A DNA stretch of 64,000 nucleotides from Candidatus Peregrinibacteria bacterium (GCA_963708185.1 OY970195.1:992001-1056000); one strand, 5' to 3'. Positions 48,701 through 58,135 are shown, numbered from the stretch's first letter. Translations and numbers: made by a program. The notes: generated by a model not told the origin, from the letters alone.

Positions 48701-51700
48701 ATCGGTTCAAAGGGCGGACAGGCCGTCGTGGAAGGCGGCAGTGAATTTGTCACACCGTTCACCAAAGGACTCGGAGAAACGGCGGCGGGATTCGGAAAAG
48801 GAGCCTTGAAGTTCACCGGGAAAGCCGTGCTGGATTCGACGCTTATGACCGGCATCAGCTGGGGAAGCGAAAAAATACTCAACGGAAAATCCATGTCTTC
48901 CGATGCGCTGCTCCGCGCCTTCGGCGACAACATGGTCACCTTCATGGTCATGGGCGGCGTGCATAAAGCCGTTGACGTCGGGGCAGAAGGACAAGGTCCG
49001 GGAATCAAAGACACCAAGGAAGCGAAAGAGCTGCGTGACAGCATTACCAGATCGTTGGAGGCGGAAAATAATGCAGAAAAGGCCCGTGAAATCGCTGACG
49101 AAGCGAGAAGGTCAAGTAATCCCGATGCGCCAAAACTTGAAAAGAAAGCGACCCAGCTGGAACATGAAGCAAGAGATGCCGAGGCCGTCGCCAAGAAGGC
49201 CATTGAAGCCGAACGCGCGACGCGTCTCAACGAAATGCAGACAAAAATCGACGCCATGAAAAAAGACCTTGAGAAAAAAGACATCTCTCCGGAAGAAAAG
49301 AAACGGATTGAATTCATGGTCGAACAGTTTGAAAAAATCAAAACAGACGGCGGGGCGTTGGGGACATCGGAAAAAGCCCTGTTCGAAGAACACCGCACGG
49401 TTGAGGTTCCTGACCCTGAAAATCCCGGCAAGACCAAAAAAATCGACCTTTTTGAAAACTTCAACAGCAAGAACTTCGCGTACTCCAAAGAAATGGTGGA
49501 GTTGATGAACAACTACGACAAGCTCCTCAAGGAAGGACCGAAAATCATCAAACACGGCGGTGATGAGATCGTCATTCTCCACGCCGGGCCTGACGGAAAA
49601 GTTCAGATGTTCTTCGGCGATATCGGCAACATGGGGCCCACCAACGAGTTCGCACTGAGACTCAAGGGCAATAATGCCAACATGGTGGACCTTTATCTCC
49701 ATGACTTCGCCGAGGTCGTCAAAGCGCGTTTCAAGCCGGGACAGGCTGTTGACGGGCAGGCTTTGCTGACGGAAATCAAAACCGAGCTTTCCAAAAAATA
49801 TTTCGGCATCGAATCCGAAGCCGATTTCAACACGATGAAAGCGCAGTGGAATCTGGACGGCACCTGGGAGGATTACCAACGGAACATGGGCAACGCCCGC
49901 ATCCTCGCCGGATTCCGTTCAAGCGCCAGAGGTTTGCAGAAAGAGTTTGCCGAACAGGTCGGAGACCGGCCGGCCGACGCCGCGCGAGACAACAAGGAGT
50001 TCGCCGACTTCATCCAGAAAAAAATCGACGGTCTGGATACCGGTACGCCACCCTTAACCGAAATTTTAAAGAAAAATCTGAGCGCCCTCAACAAGTCCGG
50101 CGCCCTGAAAGATCTTTTCCCGGATCTTCCCGAAGGCGGAGGTAACCTGAACGAAACGACGCTTTCAGATATTCTGTCCAAGCCACAGCGCACGGCGGAA
50201 GACAACATGCTGTTGTATTTCGCCCTGCAGCGGGTCAACGCAGGAGGTATTTCTTCCCTCGAGGGGATGGATGCCACAGGGGTTGAGGGCGCTCGCGAAA
50301 GGTTCGGAAAAATCAAACAACCGGCTTCCGACGCCACCCTCATGGATTTTCAGATGGCCGGCATCGATGTTCCGAAATTTGAAAACCGTGACTTCAACAC
50401 GACCGACATGAAGTTCTTCCTGGATAAAGTCCTTGAAGACGGGCTCCACGAAGCCAAGAAGAACAAGGAAAAACTCAATATTTACCAGGCGGAAAATCCA
50501 TTCGACCAGAACGGCGAACTTAGGACCGATGTCGCCGGGTCAAAAGAAAACCATGATGCATACGAAAAATCGAAAAACGACAAGAAAGGCGACATCATCG
50601 CCCAGACCCAGAAAGATATCCATGCGGCCGAGCAGAAACTCGACGAAATCAGCCAGGAGGTCCAGAAAATTCTTGAAAAGAAACCGTTAAATTCTGCTGA
50701 CACCAAACACCTCACCGACTTACAAAAACAGTACGATGCTCTCATCAAAAAGGTGGAAGCGGACAAATACAAAGATGCCGAGACCGGAGCCGACCGACCG
50801 GGGAAATATGCGGAAAACATGGATTTCTGGATGCGCGACCGCAACGGTAAACCGATCGAAAAACCCTACCAGATGTACCGCGAATTCGTCATTGACCTTC
50901 ATAACACCGGAGCGATCAACGGTCAGAAAGGTTACGCAACCACAGACTCCGCAATGAAACTGATCGCGAACTTCATGATGACGAAATTTCCCGGAGCCTC
51001 TTCGATCATCCGCACCGGCGGAGGCTCGTTCAAGCTGGTGTTCATGGACTCGAGGCAAATACCAATGCACGAAGGTAAGCCAATAAGCGTTGAAGCTCAG
51101 CAATCGATGATTAAGAGCGTTCTGCCGGAACTCAACGCGGAAGTCCAAAAAATCGTCGAAGCTGACACCAAAACCGTCGTTGACGGCAACGTACGCGACG
51201 CGACGGAGTACTTCAGGACGCGGGGGGGAAAGCCGGCCGCCGTCGGGGAAGTTTCGCTGGTTTCTTCCAGTGCCGTGGATCACGAAGAGTTCGCTTCACG
51301 GGCCAAGCAGGTTGGTCCACCAAGAACGCTTTTCAGTATCTTTGAACAGCGTGGAGTGGAACCAGTTCCTCCCGATGAATCCTCAACGCTGCCGATGGCT
51401 CCGGGTGAATCGACAACGTTGTCGAAAGCTCCGAAAGTTGAAAATCTGCCGAAGGTCGGTGATACCGTTCACCTTCTTGCATTCGACGGAGCTGTGGACA
51501 CTTTTGTCATCGAAAGCATCGATAAAGACACCGGCAAGGTCAGACTGAAAGAACCGAATTCCGATATCTTCCGCACCGTCGAAAGCGTTAAAGCCCTGCA
51601 AGGTGAAATCCTCAGAACGAAAATCGAGACCGATCGTGCGAGTGTTCCCAAAGAAGACCTTATCCGTGCGGACATCGCTTCAGGCAAGCTGAAACTGGAT

Positions 51701-52786
51701 TTGAAGAATCCCGAACAGGCCGAAGCTTTACAGAAAAAGATGGCACCGGAGGATTTTTCGGTCCTTGAGGCGAACCAGGGAGCTTCGCCGGAAGTCATCG
51801 CTTCCATTGTCCGCGGCGGGGTTGAACTCACCCAGAGCAGCGTCAATGAAAAAGGCGAAACCGTCACCCGAGCCCTTAGAACCTATGGAGGAAAAGAGCT
51901 TGGGCAAGGCATGTATGGCGTCGTTTCCGAAGTTGCCTACGTTGAAAAAGGTTCGACCGAACTGAAATATGGTGTGATGAAACTGCCGCATGCCGGCGAA
52001 GTTGCCAAAGCCAATTTTGCACATGAGGGCGACGCGGCGGGACAGGTCCAAACGCTTGAAGCCCAGTATCATGATAAAGGCGCGAACCATCTCATCAAGC
52101 CGGTCTTTGTTTCCGACAAGGCCATCATTTATGAAAAAGCCGCAGATGAAAACGGCAAGACCGTCAACCTTGAAAAAGGCGTCAAAGACATGAGTGAAGG
52201 CGTATGGCTCAGGCAGTTCGCCGGAGGCGTGGAAGGTCTTTCCTACATGCAGCGTCATGGAATTTCCCACGACGATTTCAAGCCGGGTAATATCGTCATC
52301 GGAGCTGAAGGAGGCGTCCTTATTGATATCGGAAGCAAGGTCAGCCAGCAGGATATCGCGAGCGGCAAGGTGCAAGTGCTACGGACACAAAACGGAAGCA
52401 TGCTCGCCCATTATGTCACTTCCGATGGTGCCGGCGGCTTCAAAACCGACTGGGTCGGTCAGGATCCTGCCTACAACAACGCACACCTTCTCAGCGAGAG
52501 CATCCAGACCGGAAAACCGATGGACATCGGCGACAAATTTGCCGTGGGTCAGTCGTTGCGCTTTTTCCTGGGACAAAAAGGGTATCTCGACGCGACCGGC
52601 AGGATAAGATCCGATGCCCCGGCACACGCCCAGCAGCTGCAGGCCATTGCCGACCGGCTCATGGCCGCCCAGCAGCATCCTTATCAATACATCAACAATA
52701 ATCCCGCCCAGGGATCCGATCCGTATTACGTCCCTCTTGAAGCGGTCGACGGCTGGATACGGACAATTTCTTCTCAACTGCCCTAA
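45746..52786 (+). CDS. Giant 2346-aa protein: helical N-region, hydrophobic segment, degenerate GGDEF-like domains and C-terminal Ser/Thr kinase
   Basis: Kinase motifs LGQGMYGVVS, VMKLP, HDDFKPGN, LIDIG and GDKFAVG; N-half homologous to the 33082 protein. Confidence 0.85.
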   Translation: MPEIFQPEQAKISSVEKKAAVIDKETKKKTNEQLESELLAKHDVFFKQVDSTDKTFKEADKLKTEEAKKAMGKDKQEIKDLLLKAAQSGEDILAKKEENPNLSTIQQSADRISKLTGTVSENLAFFQDMDKADESLKLAKDSLKAIETYAPSPGQAMPEHAVGWQKRYKSELQNGLANLGEFGAGGYLAKYPSISSPEMKAVYDKIKKGADGAMEHLTDSRMRFLDNYGDKFNTEFDDKGNEKPLSEEQKKVINKLKEVRNGGSGGPQGESYDGYSMMMSLMSSGKMQLESAKTATDNKQRQAFLDTAKENFTDAKHDAYIVGFELSGIDAQNLPDDFAAIYYTMNGNSASVLKEAGDELDKLEKGNSLVDSKDVVDSSEKEYSEGDDSPKKAYETALKIRDGVMDAKEFDLHSPLLGPTVEKALTKLCALKGKLTQVDRATLPREYQARFDALSSTVDANVQELAQVQMVIKNNKLTETINSKNEFNKDGKEYFKMVKKEINGQSVVVVEQTEEFKKLPPEQQKIFLSQYAAVPAEVTLDLTRKMDMKEDKDWNEGLAKFENGDWQGAKKQLLNYCNKFSSNADKSVQVSSATSLLQAIVKIEFQQAKENFQTMADVQSDRGEINGVTREDLGVSVLMGWKKIDAAEGVINSKKCPLTIEEVWSQVGRAGGKDLVVDGISFMDPRVQQRMLAEPDPEKRRANILQLAKAAQDAGMTPFAKKYYEMYFSEQISEKKKTISRDDVVKAFDSKPDSQEQVRAGIKAAHEQAKTKFITERNRRLGLNGYVALNPNDPVILEENKILAKWEADYSANSGDIEQRVRNGIIDDLWTKEAKKAVHKDMMSVPDNVNLNGSKEWKEAYSGHFGVAENISGSSLVFTSDDIRNTAAEIAVGILYLEIAAAAGAITGGMASAAILGGAAEVGAGTLFASEATGFLVEGAVMHSVSVGLNEGAAGFKDTGKFMKGLVTTYATLGIMKGTGSVLGKIGSKGGQAVVEGGSEFVTPFTKGLGETAAGFGKGALKFTGKAVLDSTLMTGISWGSEKILNGKSMSSDALLRAFGDNMVTFMVMGGVHKAVDVGAEGQGPGIKDTKEAKELRDSITRSLEAENNAEKAREIADEARRSSNPDAPKLEKKATQLEHEARDAEAVAKKAIEAERATRLNEMQTKIDAMKKDLEKKDISPEEKKRIEFMVEQFEKIKTDGGALGTSEKALFEEHRTVEVPDPENPGKTKKIDLFENFNSKNFAYSKEMVELMNNYDKLLKEGPKIIKHGGDEIVILHAGPDGKVQMFFGDIGNMGPTNEFALRLKGNNANMVDLYLHDFAEVVKARFKPGQAVDGQALLTEIKTELSKKYFGIESEADFNTMKAQWNLDGTWEDYQRNMGNARILAGFRSSARGLQKEFAEQVGDRPADAARDNKEFADFIQKKIDGLDTGTPPLTEILKKNLSALNKSGALKDLFPDLPEGGGNLNETTLSDILSKPQRTAEDNMLLYFALQRVNAGGISSLEGMDATGVEGARERFGKIKQPASDATLMDFQMAGIDVPKFENRDFNTTDMKFFLDKVLEDGLHEAKKNKEKLNIYQAENPFDQNGELRTDVAGSKENHDAYEKSKNDKKGDIIAQTQKDIHAAEQKLDEISQEVQKILEKKPLNSADTKHLTDLQKQYDALIKKVEADKYKDAETGADRPGKYAENMDFWMRDRNGKPIEKPYQMYREFVIDLHNTGAINGQKGYATTDSAMKLIANFMMTKFPGASSIIRTGGGSFKLVFMDSRQIPMHEGKPISVEAQQSMIKSVLPELNAEVQKIVEADTKTVVDGNVRDATEYFRTRGGKPAAVGEVSLVSSSAVDHEEFASRAKQVGPPRTLFSIFEQRGVEPVPPDESSTLPMAPGESTTLSKAPKVENLPKVGDTVHLLAFDGAVDTFVIESIDKDTGKVRLKEPNSDIFRTVESVKALQGEILRTKIETDRASVPKEDLIRADIASGKLKLDLKNPEQAEALQKKMAPEDFSVLEANQGASPEVIASIVRGGVELTQSSVNEKGETVTRALRTYGGKELGQGMYGVVSEVAYVEKGSTELKYGVMKLPHAGEVAKANFAHEGDAAGQVQTLEAQYHDKGANHLIKPVFVSDKAIIYEKAADENGKTVNLEKGVKDMSEGVWLRQFAGGVEGLSYMQRHGISHDDFKPGNIVIGAEGGVLIDIGSKVSQQDIASGKVQVLRTQNGSMLAHYVTSDGAGGFKTDWVGQDPAYNNAHLLSESIQTGKPMDIGDKFAVGQSLRFFLGQKGYLDATGRIRSDAPAHAQQLQAIADRLMAAQQHPYQYINNNPAQGSDPYYVPLEAVDGWIRTISSQLP

Positions 52787-52816
52787 ACTGATATATAATT
52801 TATTCTCAACAACATT

Positions 52817-53371
52817 ATGGAAAATACTGATTCCCACATTATGGCAAACGACGTCGCCAAAACCATCGGCACCATGACCGAGCAGACGAACAGTGCCCTG
52901 AATCAGGGAGCTACACCTGCCATGAACGACGTGCAACCAATTGATCTCCTGGAATTCCAGGAATCTTTCCGCGAACTTGGCGTGGAGGTCCTTCCGGATT
53001 CGCTCGCAGAAAGTAAACTTGCCGAGTTGAAGAACCAGCTTTATAAGTTGAAGACGCGTTTCCCCGAGGGAACGCACGTTTTGCTTGCTGCGTTTCCATG
53101 CGATGCCAACGGGCGCCTGTATTCCGATGAAGAACTCAAGAACCACGACTATTTCAAGACGCTTTTCGTTGATGAAAAAACGGGGCTTTCGAGCGGATTC
53201 GGTTCATGGACAAACGGTTTTTCAAAACTCCTGCCGAAAGAGATACAGGATCAGTGTTCGTTTACAGTTCATTATTCTTCAATCATGCCTTATTCCGACG
53301 ACAAAGATTTTGAACAGTTCTCGTCGGAGTATAAGAAAGCGTTCCATGCTTTGAAGGCTCTTTTAAGCTAA
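52817..53371 (+). CDS. Cassette 2 gene C, candidate immunity/partner protein
   Basis: Homologous to 39268-39852 and directly follows the giant gene. Confidence 0.7.
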   Translation: MENTDSHIMANDVAKTIGTMTEQTNSALNQGATPAMNDVQPIDLLEFQESFRELGVEVLPDSLAESKLAELKNQLYKLKTRFPEGTHVLLAAFPCDANGRLYSDEELKNHDYFKTLFVDEKTGLSSGFGSWTNGFSKLLPKEIQDQCSFTVHYSSIMPYSDDKDFEQFSSEYKKAFHALKALLS

Positions 53372-53395
53372 TCAATATCATCTCACCACGCCACT

Positions 53396-53920
53396 ATGGA
53401 AACAGGTCCCCGACAATCAGTAGAATGGAAAGAGCTTATGGACGCCGCTCCGGAGATGACGCCCCAGCTGAAAACATTATACGAGAAAAAACTTGATCAG
53501 CCCGAAGGTTTCGTTCCTCCGGTCATTCAAACGATGCTTCCCGAAGATATTCTCGAAATCGAAAAAACCATCGAGGCGATCGACCAACAGGTGGCGAGAG
53601 GCATCCCGTCGTATGCTTATTTCAACAAACTGCTCCGCAAAATCCAAGTGCTGATCGCGGAACAGGCTCCGGAATTTTTTGAAAACCTGCCGAAAGATCT
53701 TCAATCAAAACTGCTCTATGCGAAGATTGACATGCCGACGGCCGACGACGTCGAAAAAGAGGTCTTTGACCCCATGGACGCGCCGGGTGGACTTAAAGGA
53801 GGATTGACCTTTGACCTCATGGTCCAGGATATCCTGAATTACAACGAACTGAGCACAAAACTCGCGGAAGCGTACGCCGACTACCGCCGCGAGCATTTGA
53901 AAAAGAAAAAGGTCGCTTAA
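53396..53920 (+). CDS. Hypothetical helical protein, cassette 2 gene D
   Basis: 174-aa ORF starting 24 nt after gene C. Confidence 0.65.
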   Translation: METGPRQSVEWKELMDAAPEMTPQLKTLYEKKLDQPEGFVPPVIQTMLPEDILEIEKTIEAIDQQVARGIPSYAYFNKLLRKIQVLIAEQAPEFFENLPKDLQSKLLYAKIDMPTADDVEKEVFDPMDAPGGLKGGLTFDLMVQDILNYNELSTKLAEAYADYRREHLKKKKVA

Positions 53921-53926
53921 GAGGAA

Positions 53927-55177
53927 CTACGCCACTTTCTTGACCGCATCCACGAGCAGGTTGGCTTCGTCTTCGCTGATGCCTTCGATGCCCATAAGGT
54001 CTTTCACGGAAAGGCCATGGAGCTGACCCACCTGGCTGAGGTTGGCCTTGGCGAGTTTTTCGACGATTTCGGGAGTGATGCCTTCAAGATCGGCGATGTT
54101 TTCAACGACTTTCTTTTCGCCTTCCGCAGCGGCTCCGCCTCCGAGTTCGCCGACGTCCATGATGTCGAGTTCAAAACCCGTGAGCTTGGAAGCGAGACGG
54201 ACGTTCTGGCCGTTCTTGCCGATGGCCAGCGGACGCTGGTCCGGATTCACGTAGACCTTGGCGCGCTTGGCTTCTTTATCGAGCTGGATAAGCGCGACCT
54301 TGGCCGGTGACAAGGCGGTCTTGATGTACTCTTCCGGATTTTCGTTCCACAAAATGATGTCGATGCGTTCGCCGTTGAGTTCATCCATGACGTTGGCGAC
54401 GCGAACGCCTTTCTGCCCGACGCATGAACCGATCGGATCGATTTTGGGATCGTTGGAGCTTACGGCGACCTTGGAACGGACACCCGGCTCGCGGGCGATG
54501 GCCTTGATTTCCACCAACCCACTTTTGATTTCGGGAATTTCCAGTTCCATCAGTTTCTTGACGAGGTTGGGATGAGTGCGGGATATGAGCAGCTGCGGAC
54601 CTTTGGTCGTCTTAATAACTTTGTCCAGGTACAGCTTGATGCGCTGGCCGCTGTAGTAGCGTTCACGGGGAATCTGCTGATCCGGAGGCAGGATGGTGGT
54701 GATTTTGTTATCCAGGTTCACGTAGACGTTCTGGTTTTCCACGCGGTGAACGAGCGCATTGATGAGTTCGTTTTCACGATCCTTGAAGGTGTCGTACATG
54801 ACCTCGCGTTCCGCTTCCTGGATGCGCTGGATGATGACCTGCTTGGCGGACTGGGCGGCGATGCGACCGTATTCCAGAGGAGTCACGTCAATGCGGACTT
54901 CGTCTCCGGCTTTGGCGTCTTTCTTGTACTTGCGGGCTTCGGCAAGCGTCATTTCCGTTTCCTTGTTTTCGACTTTTTTGACGACATTCTTGATGAGGAA
55001 CACCGTGGCGGACTCTGTTTTATCGCTGAGTTCGACGTCAATATTCTGGTCGCGGTTGCCGTAGTCTTTACGATAGGCGGCGCGCAAAGCGGCTTTGATG
55101 GTTTCCATCACCTTTTCTTTGGGAATACCTTTTTCGTCGCAAAGCTGGTTAATGGCAGCAATGAATTGAGACTGCAT
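53927..55177 (-). CDS. nusA: Transcription termination/antitermination factor NusA
   Basis: GRIAAQSAKQVIIQ, AREPGVRSKVAV and AIGKNGQNVRLASKL. Confidence 0.96.
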   Translation of the reverse strand: MQSQFIAAINQLCDEKGIPKEKVMETIKAALRAAYRKDYGNRDQNIDVELSDKTESATVFLIKNVVKKVENKETEMTLAEARKYKKDAKAGDEVRIDVTPLEYGRIAAQSAKQVIIQRIQEAEREVMYDTFKDRENELINALVHRVENQNVYVNLDNKITTILPPDQQIPRERYYSGQRIKLYLDKVIKTTKGPQLLISRTHPNLVKKLMELEIPEIKSGLVEIKAIAREPGVRSKVAVSSNDPKIDPIGSCVGQKGVRVANVMDELNGERIDIILWNENPEEYIKTALSPAKVALIQLDKEAKRAKVYVNPDQRPLAIGKNGQNVRLASKLTGFELDIMDVGELGGGAAAEGEKKVVENIADLEGITPEIVEKLAKANLSQVGQLHGLSVKDLMGIEGISEDEANLLVDAVKKVA

Positions 55178-55395
55178 ACATTATGGTTTTAAAAAATTGT
55201 TTTGAAAAATCCAGGATTCTCATCATGAGTGCATCCAGTTACAGGCCTAATATAGAAGATAATCGGTTTTTTGTAAAGGAAAAGGCTTTGGAGTGTGGCT
55301 TTGATGACAGCCGATGAATGGACGGGGTTTATTGACGCCGGGGCTTTCTATGATAGAATACATCCGTTTTATCGGCTTTATTCCTACTAATTTTC

Positions 55396-56277
55396 ATGTT
55401 TTACGATATGTCCAGATTGCTGAAAACATTTCGTTGGTTTGTGACCTCTGCGTGTTTGTTTGCCATTGCGGCTCCGCTTTGCGCCCAGGCTGCGAGCGGA
55501 AGTTTTTTGATTGCCGGAAAAGAAACGCCGGCGCCGCCGAACCAGATAGATGCTACAACGCTCAAGCTCTACCCGATTCTCAGTTTAAGTACGTCCCAAA
55601 CGCAGGGTACCTCTTCTACTTCAACAACCGACCAATCAGAGATCTATCAACGGTTGAACCCCGATGCCAAAAAGCTTGTCGATGAAAGCGTTGCTGCCGG
55701 TCACCTCCCCACGGACCAACAGTTAAAAAAATTTCCACCGGACATGAAAGAGCTTATTCTTGCGGAAGTCGAACGGCAGCTCCTTGCTAAACAGCAAACC
55801 CAGGAACAGCCCCAGCAACAAAATGGCAACTGGTTCAATGATATTTTTTCCGAATACGGCGTGCAGTTTCTTGCGCTTTTGGTTTCGCTCGTTGGCGTCA
55901 TCCTGGCCATCAGCGGATTCAGCCTCGCCAACTCCAAGAAGAAAAAACACATCGCCAAATTCATGAATGAAATTGACGATGCTTTCAACTCTTTCAAGTG
56001 GAAATCGAAACGCTGCGAGGCTGAACTTTACCGAATGCACGACATCATCGAAGAAAAACTGAAAGAGGGAAAGCTTGATGAGTCTTCCTACCAGCTGCTT
56101 TCCACGAGGATTGAAAAGTATTTGAAGGAGATCCAGGACGTGGACGGAATACCCAACAGCATCAAGTATGCGGCGATGGCCGAGGAACAAAAACGGATGA
56201 AAGGTGGCATGAAAATGGTCGACGAACACCATCATCAGAGTGAAGAGGACGACGATAGGCCGGCTGAACCCGAATAG
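55396..56277 (+). CDS. Exported/membrane protein (signal peptide, one TM, helical cytoplasmic C-domain)
   Basis: Signal peptide ending AQA; TM FLALLVSLVGVILAISGF. Confidence 0.65.
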   Translation: MFYDMSRLLKTFRWFVTSACLFAIAAPLCAQAASGSFLIAGKETPAPPNQIDATTLKLYPILSLSTSQTQGTSSTSTTDQSEIYQRLNPDAKKLVDESVAAGHLPTDQQLKKFPPDMKELILAEVERQLLAKQQTQEQPQQQNGNWFNDIFSEYGVQFLALLVSLVGVILAISGFSLANSKKKKHIAKFMNEIDDAFNSFKWKSKRCEAELYRMHDIIEEKLKEGKLDESSYQLLSTRIEKYLKEIQDVDGIPNSIKYAAMAEEQKRMKGGMKMVDEHHHQSEEDDDRPAEPE

Positions 56278-56283
56278 TTTTCA

Positions 56284-56763
56284 TCACGAAACTTTTTTGA
56301 GGGCCTTCATGATTCCTTCATGGTTGAACCCGCGTGAAGCCAGAAAACGGTAAAGTTTTTGTTTCTGTTGAAGAGGAGATTCATCTTTCTTCATGTTCGT
56401 TTTTTTCTTCAATGCTTCTTCAATGAGCGTTTCTTCGTCGATGAGACGGCTGCTGAAAGCTCTGCTGATGGTTGTCTCACTGATCCCTTTCTGACGAAGT
56501 TTCTGTTTTATCAGGCGAAGACCCTGTGGTTTTCGGCGGATCTGTTCTCGGATAAAGAGTTCGGCATACTCCGAATCGTCGAGATATTTGCGGGCGAGAA
56601 AAAGCTCTACAACTTCGCACGTCTCTCTGCTCTGTTCTGGAAACTTTTTTTCAAGCTTCGCGCCGAACTCACTAATACTGTAACGCCTGCGCGCAAGAAT
56701 GGCGCAGGCGTAGTTGAAAATTTTTTTATCCGGTACGGGCTGAAGTTGTTCTTCGGTCTTCAT
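56284..56763 (-). CDS. recX: Regulatory protein RecX
   Basis: LARRRYS, YLDDSEYA, IKQKLRQKGI and FLASRGF; directly downstream of recA. Confidence 0.9.
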   Translation of the reverse strand: MKTEEQLQPVPDKKIFNYACAILARRRYSISEFGAKLEKKFPEQSRETCEVVELFLARKYLDDSEYAELFIREQIRRKPQGLRLIKQKLRQKGISETTISRAFSSRLIDEETLIEEALKKKTNMKKDESPLQQKQKLYRFLASRGFNHEGIMKALKKVS

Positions 56764-56789
56764 AAAGCTTCGTTAAGTTTCCGGAGCGT

Positions 56790-57893
56790 CTAAACGTCTT
56801 TGCTGGCGGATGAACGGGCTGAGGTTTTGACAGGCGTTTTTGACGGTACAGCGGCAGGAGTATGGGTCAATCCTGCAGCTTCTTCCCTATGGAGCGTTGC
56901 GACGATTTCGCGGATATCTTTTTCAAGTTCCTTGAGGATTTTCTGGTTGCCATCAAGGAAGCTTTTGGCGTTTTCACGCCCCTGGCCGAGTTTGGTATCC
57001 TTATAGGTGTAGAAGGCTCCGCTCTTTTGCGCGACATCATATTTGGACGCAAGGTCGAGCAGATCTCCGGTATAGGAAATTCCTTTGTTGTAAAGGATAT
57101 CGAATTCCGCAGTGCGGAACGGAGGAGCAATCTTGTTTTTGACGATTTTCACACGGACGCGGTTGCCCGTGATTTTCTTCTCGTCTCCGGTCCCGTCTTC
57201 GATCTTACCGATGTTGCGGATGTCCATGCGAACGGAAGAATAAAACTTGAGGGCCTGTCCACCTGTCGTGGTTTCGGGATTGCCGAACATGATGCCAAGT
57301 TTCATGCGGATCTGGTTGATGAAGATGACGGTGGTCCTGGACTTGCTGATGGCACTGGTGAGTTTGCGCAGAGCCTGACTCATGAGACGGGCCTGCAGGC
57401 CCATGTGAGCGTCTCCCATGTCTCCTTCGATTTCCGCTTTCGGCGTTAACGCCGCCACGGAATCCACCACGATGACATCGATAGCGTTGGAACGCACGAG
57501 CGTTTCGGTAATTTCCAGGGCCTGTTCCCCGCTGTCCGGCTGGGAGATCAAGAGGTTATCGACATCAACGCCGATTTTGCGGGCGTAAACCGGATCAAGC
57601 GCATGTTCCGCGTCGATAAAAGCTACCTGGCCGCCGCGCTTCTGCGCTTCGGCGATAATATGGAGGGTCAACGTCGTCTTTCCGGAACTTTCAGGGCCGA
57701 AAATTTCCACGACACGACCGCGCGGCACACCGCCACCCAGCGCGATATCAAGAGAAATGGACCCTGTGGGAATGGTTTCAACGGCAATTTTCTGGGCTTC
57801 GCCCATTTTCATGATCGCTCCCTTGCCAAAGGTGCGTTCAATCTGAGAAAGCGCGAGTTCAACGGCTTTCTGACGTTCATTGGTGTTCGTCAT
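56790..57893 (-). CDS. recA: Recombinase A
   Basis: [32 protein letters not shown] and ALKFYSSVR. Confidence 0.98.
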   Translation of the reverse strand: MTNTNERQKAVELALSQIERTFGKGAIMKMGEAQKIAVETIPTGSISLDIALGGGVPRGRVVEIFGPESSGKTTLTLHIIAEAQKRGGQVAFIDAEHALDPVYARKIGVDVDNLLISQPDSGEQALEITETLVRSNAIDVIVVDSVAALTPKAEIEGDMGDAHMGLQARLMSQALRKLTSAISKSRTTVIFINQIRMKLGIMFGNPETTTGGQALKFYSSVRMDIRNIGKIEDGTGDEKKITGNRVRVKIVKNKIAPPFRTAEFDILYNKGISYTGDLLDLASKYDVAQKSGAFYTYKDTKLGQGRENAKSFLDGNQKILKELEKDIREIVATLHREEAAGLTHTPAAVPSKTPVKTSARSSASKDV

Positions 57894-57928
57894 CGTTTTG
57901 AAATTAAGGAAATAAAAATCTACCCATA

Positions 57929-57957
57929 ATTTTAGGTGAGTATATACTCACCGTCAA
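57929..57957 (-). promoter_or_regulatory. recA sigma70 promoter with an 18-bp perfect palindrome in the spacer
   Basis: Minus strand TTGACG-N17-TAAAAT; GGTGAGTATATACTCACC at 57935-57952. Confidence 0.75.
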
Positions 57958-58135
57958 GACCAATTTTGCACGTGCGGCTGTTTTGGCTTACGACAATGCT
58001 AAATCTAGCATAGCGTTTTAACGTTTTTTTCAACGGTTCCTAAATTTTTCCACAATCGGGGAGCGTCAAAGATTTTTTCCTGGCAATTTTTGTCCCGGTC
58101 GTGCACAATGCCTTCCTATTTTTGTCTACGTTGTC

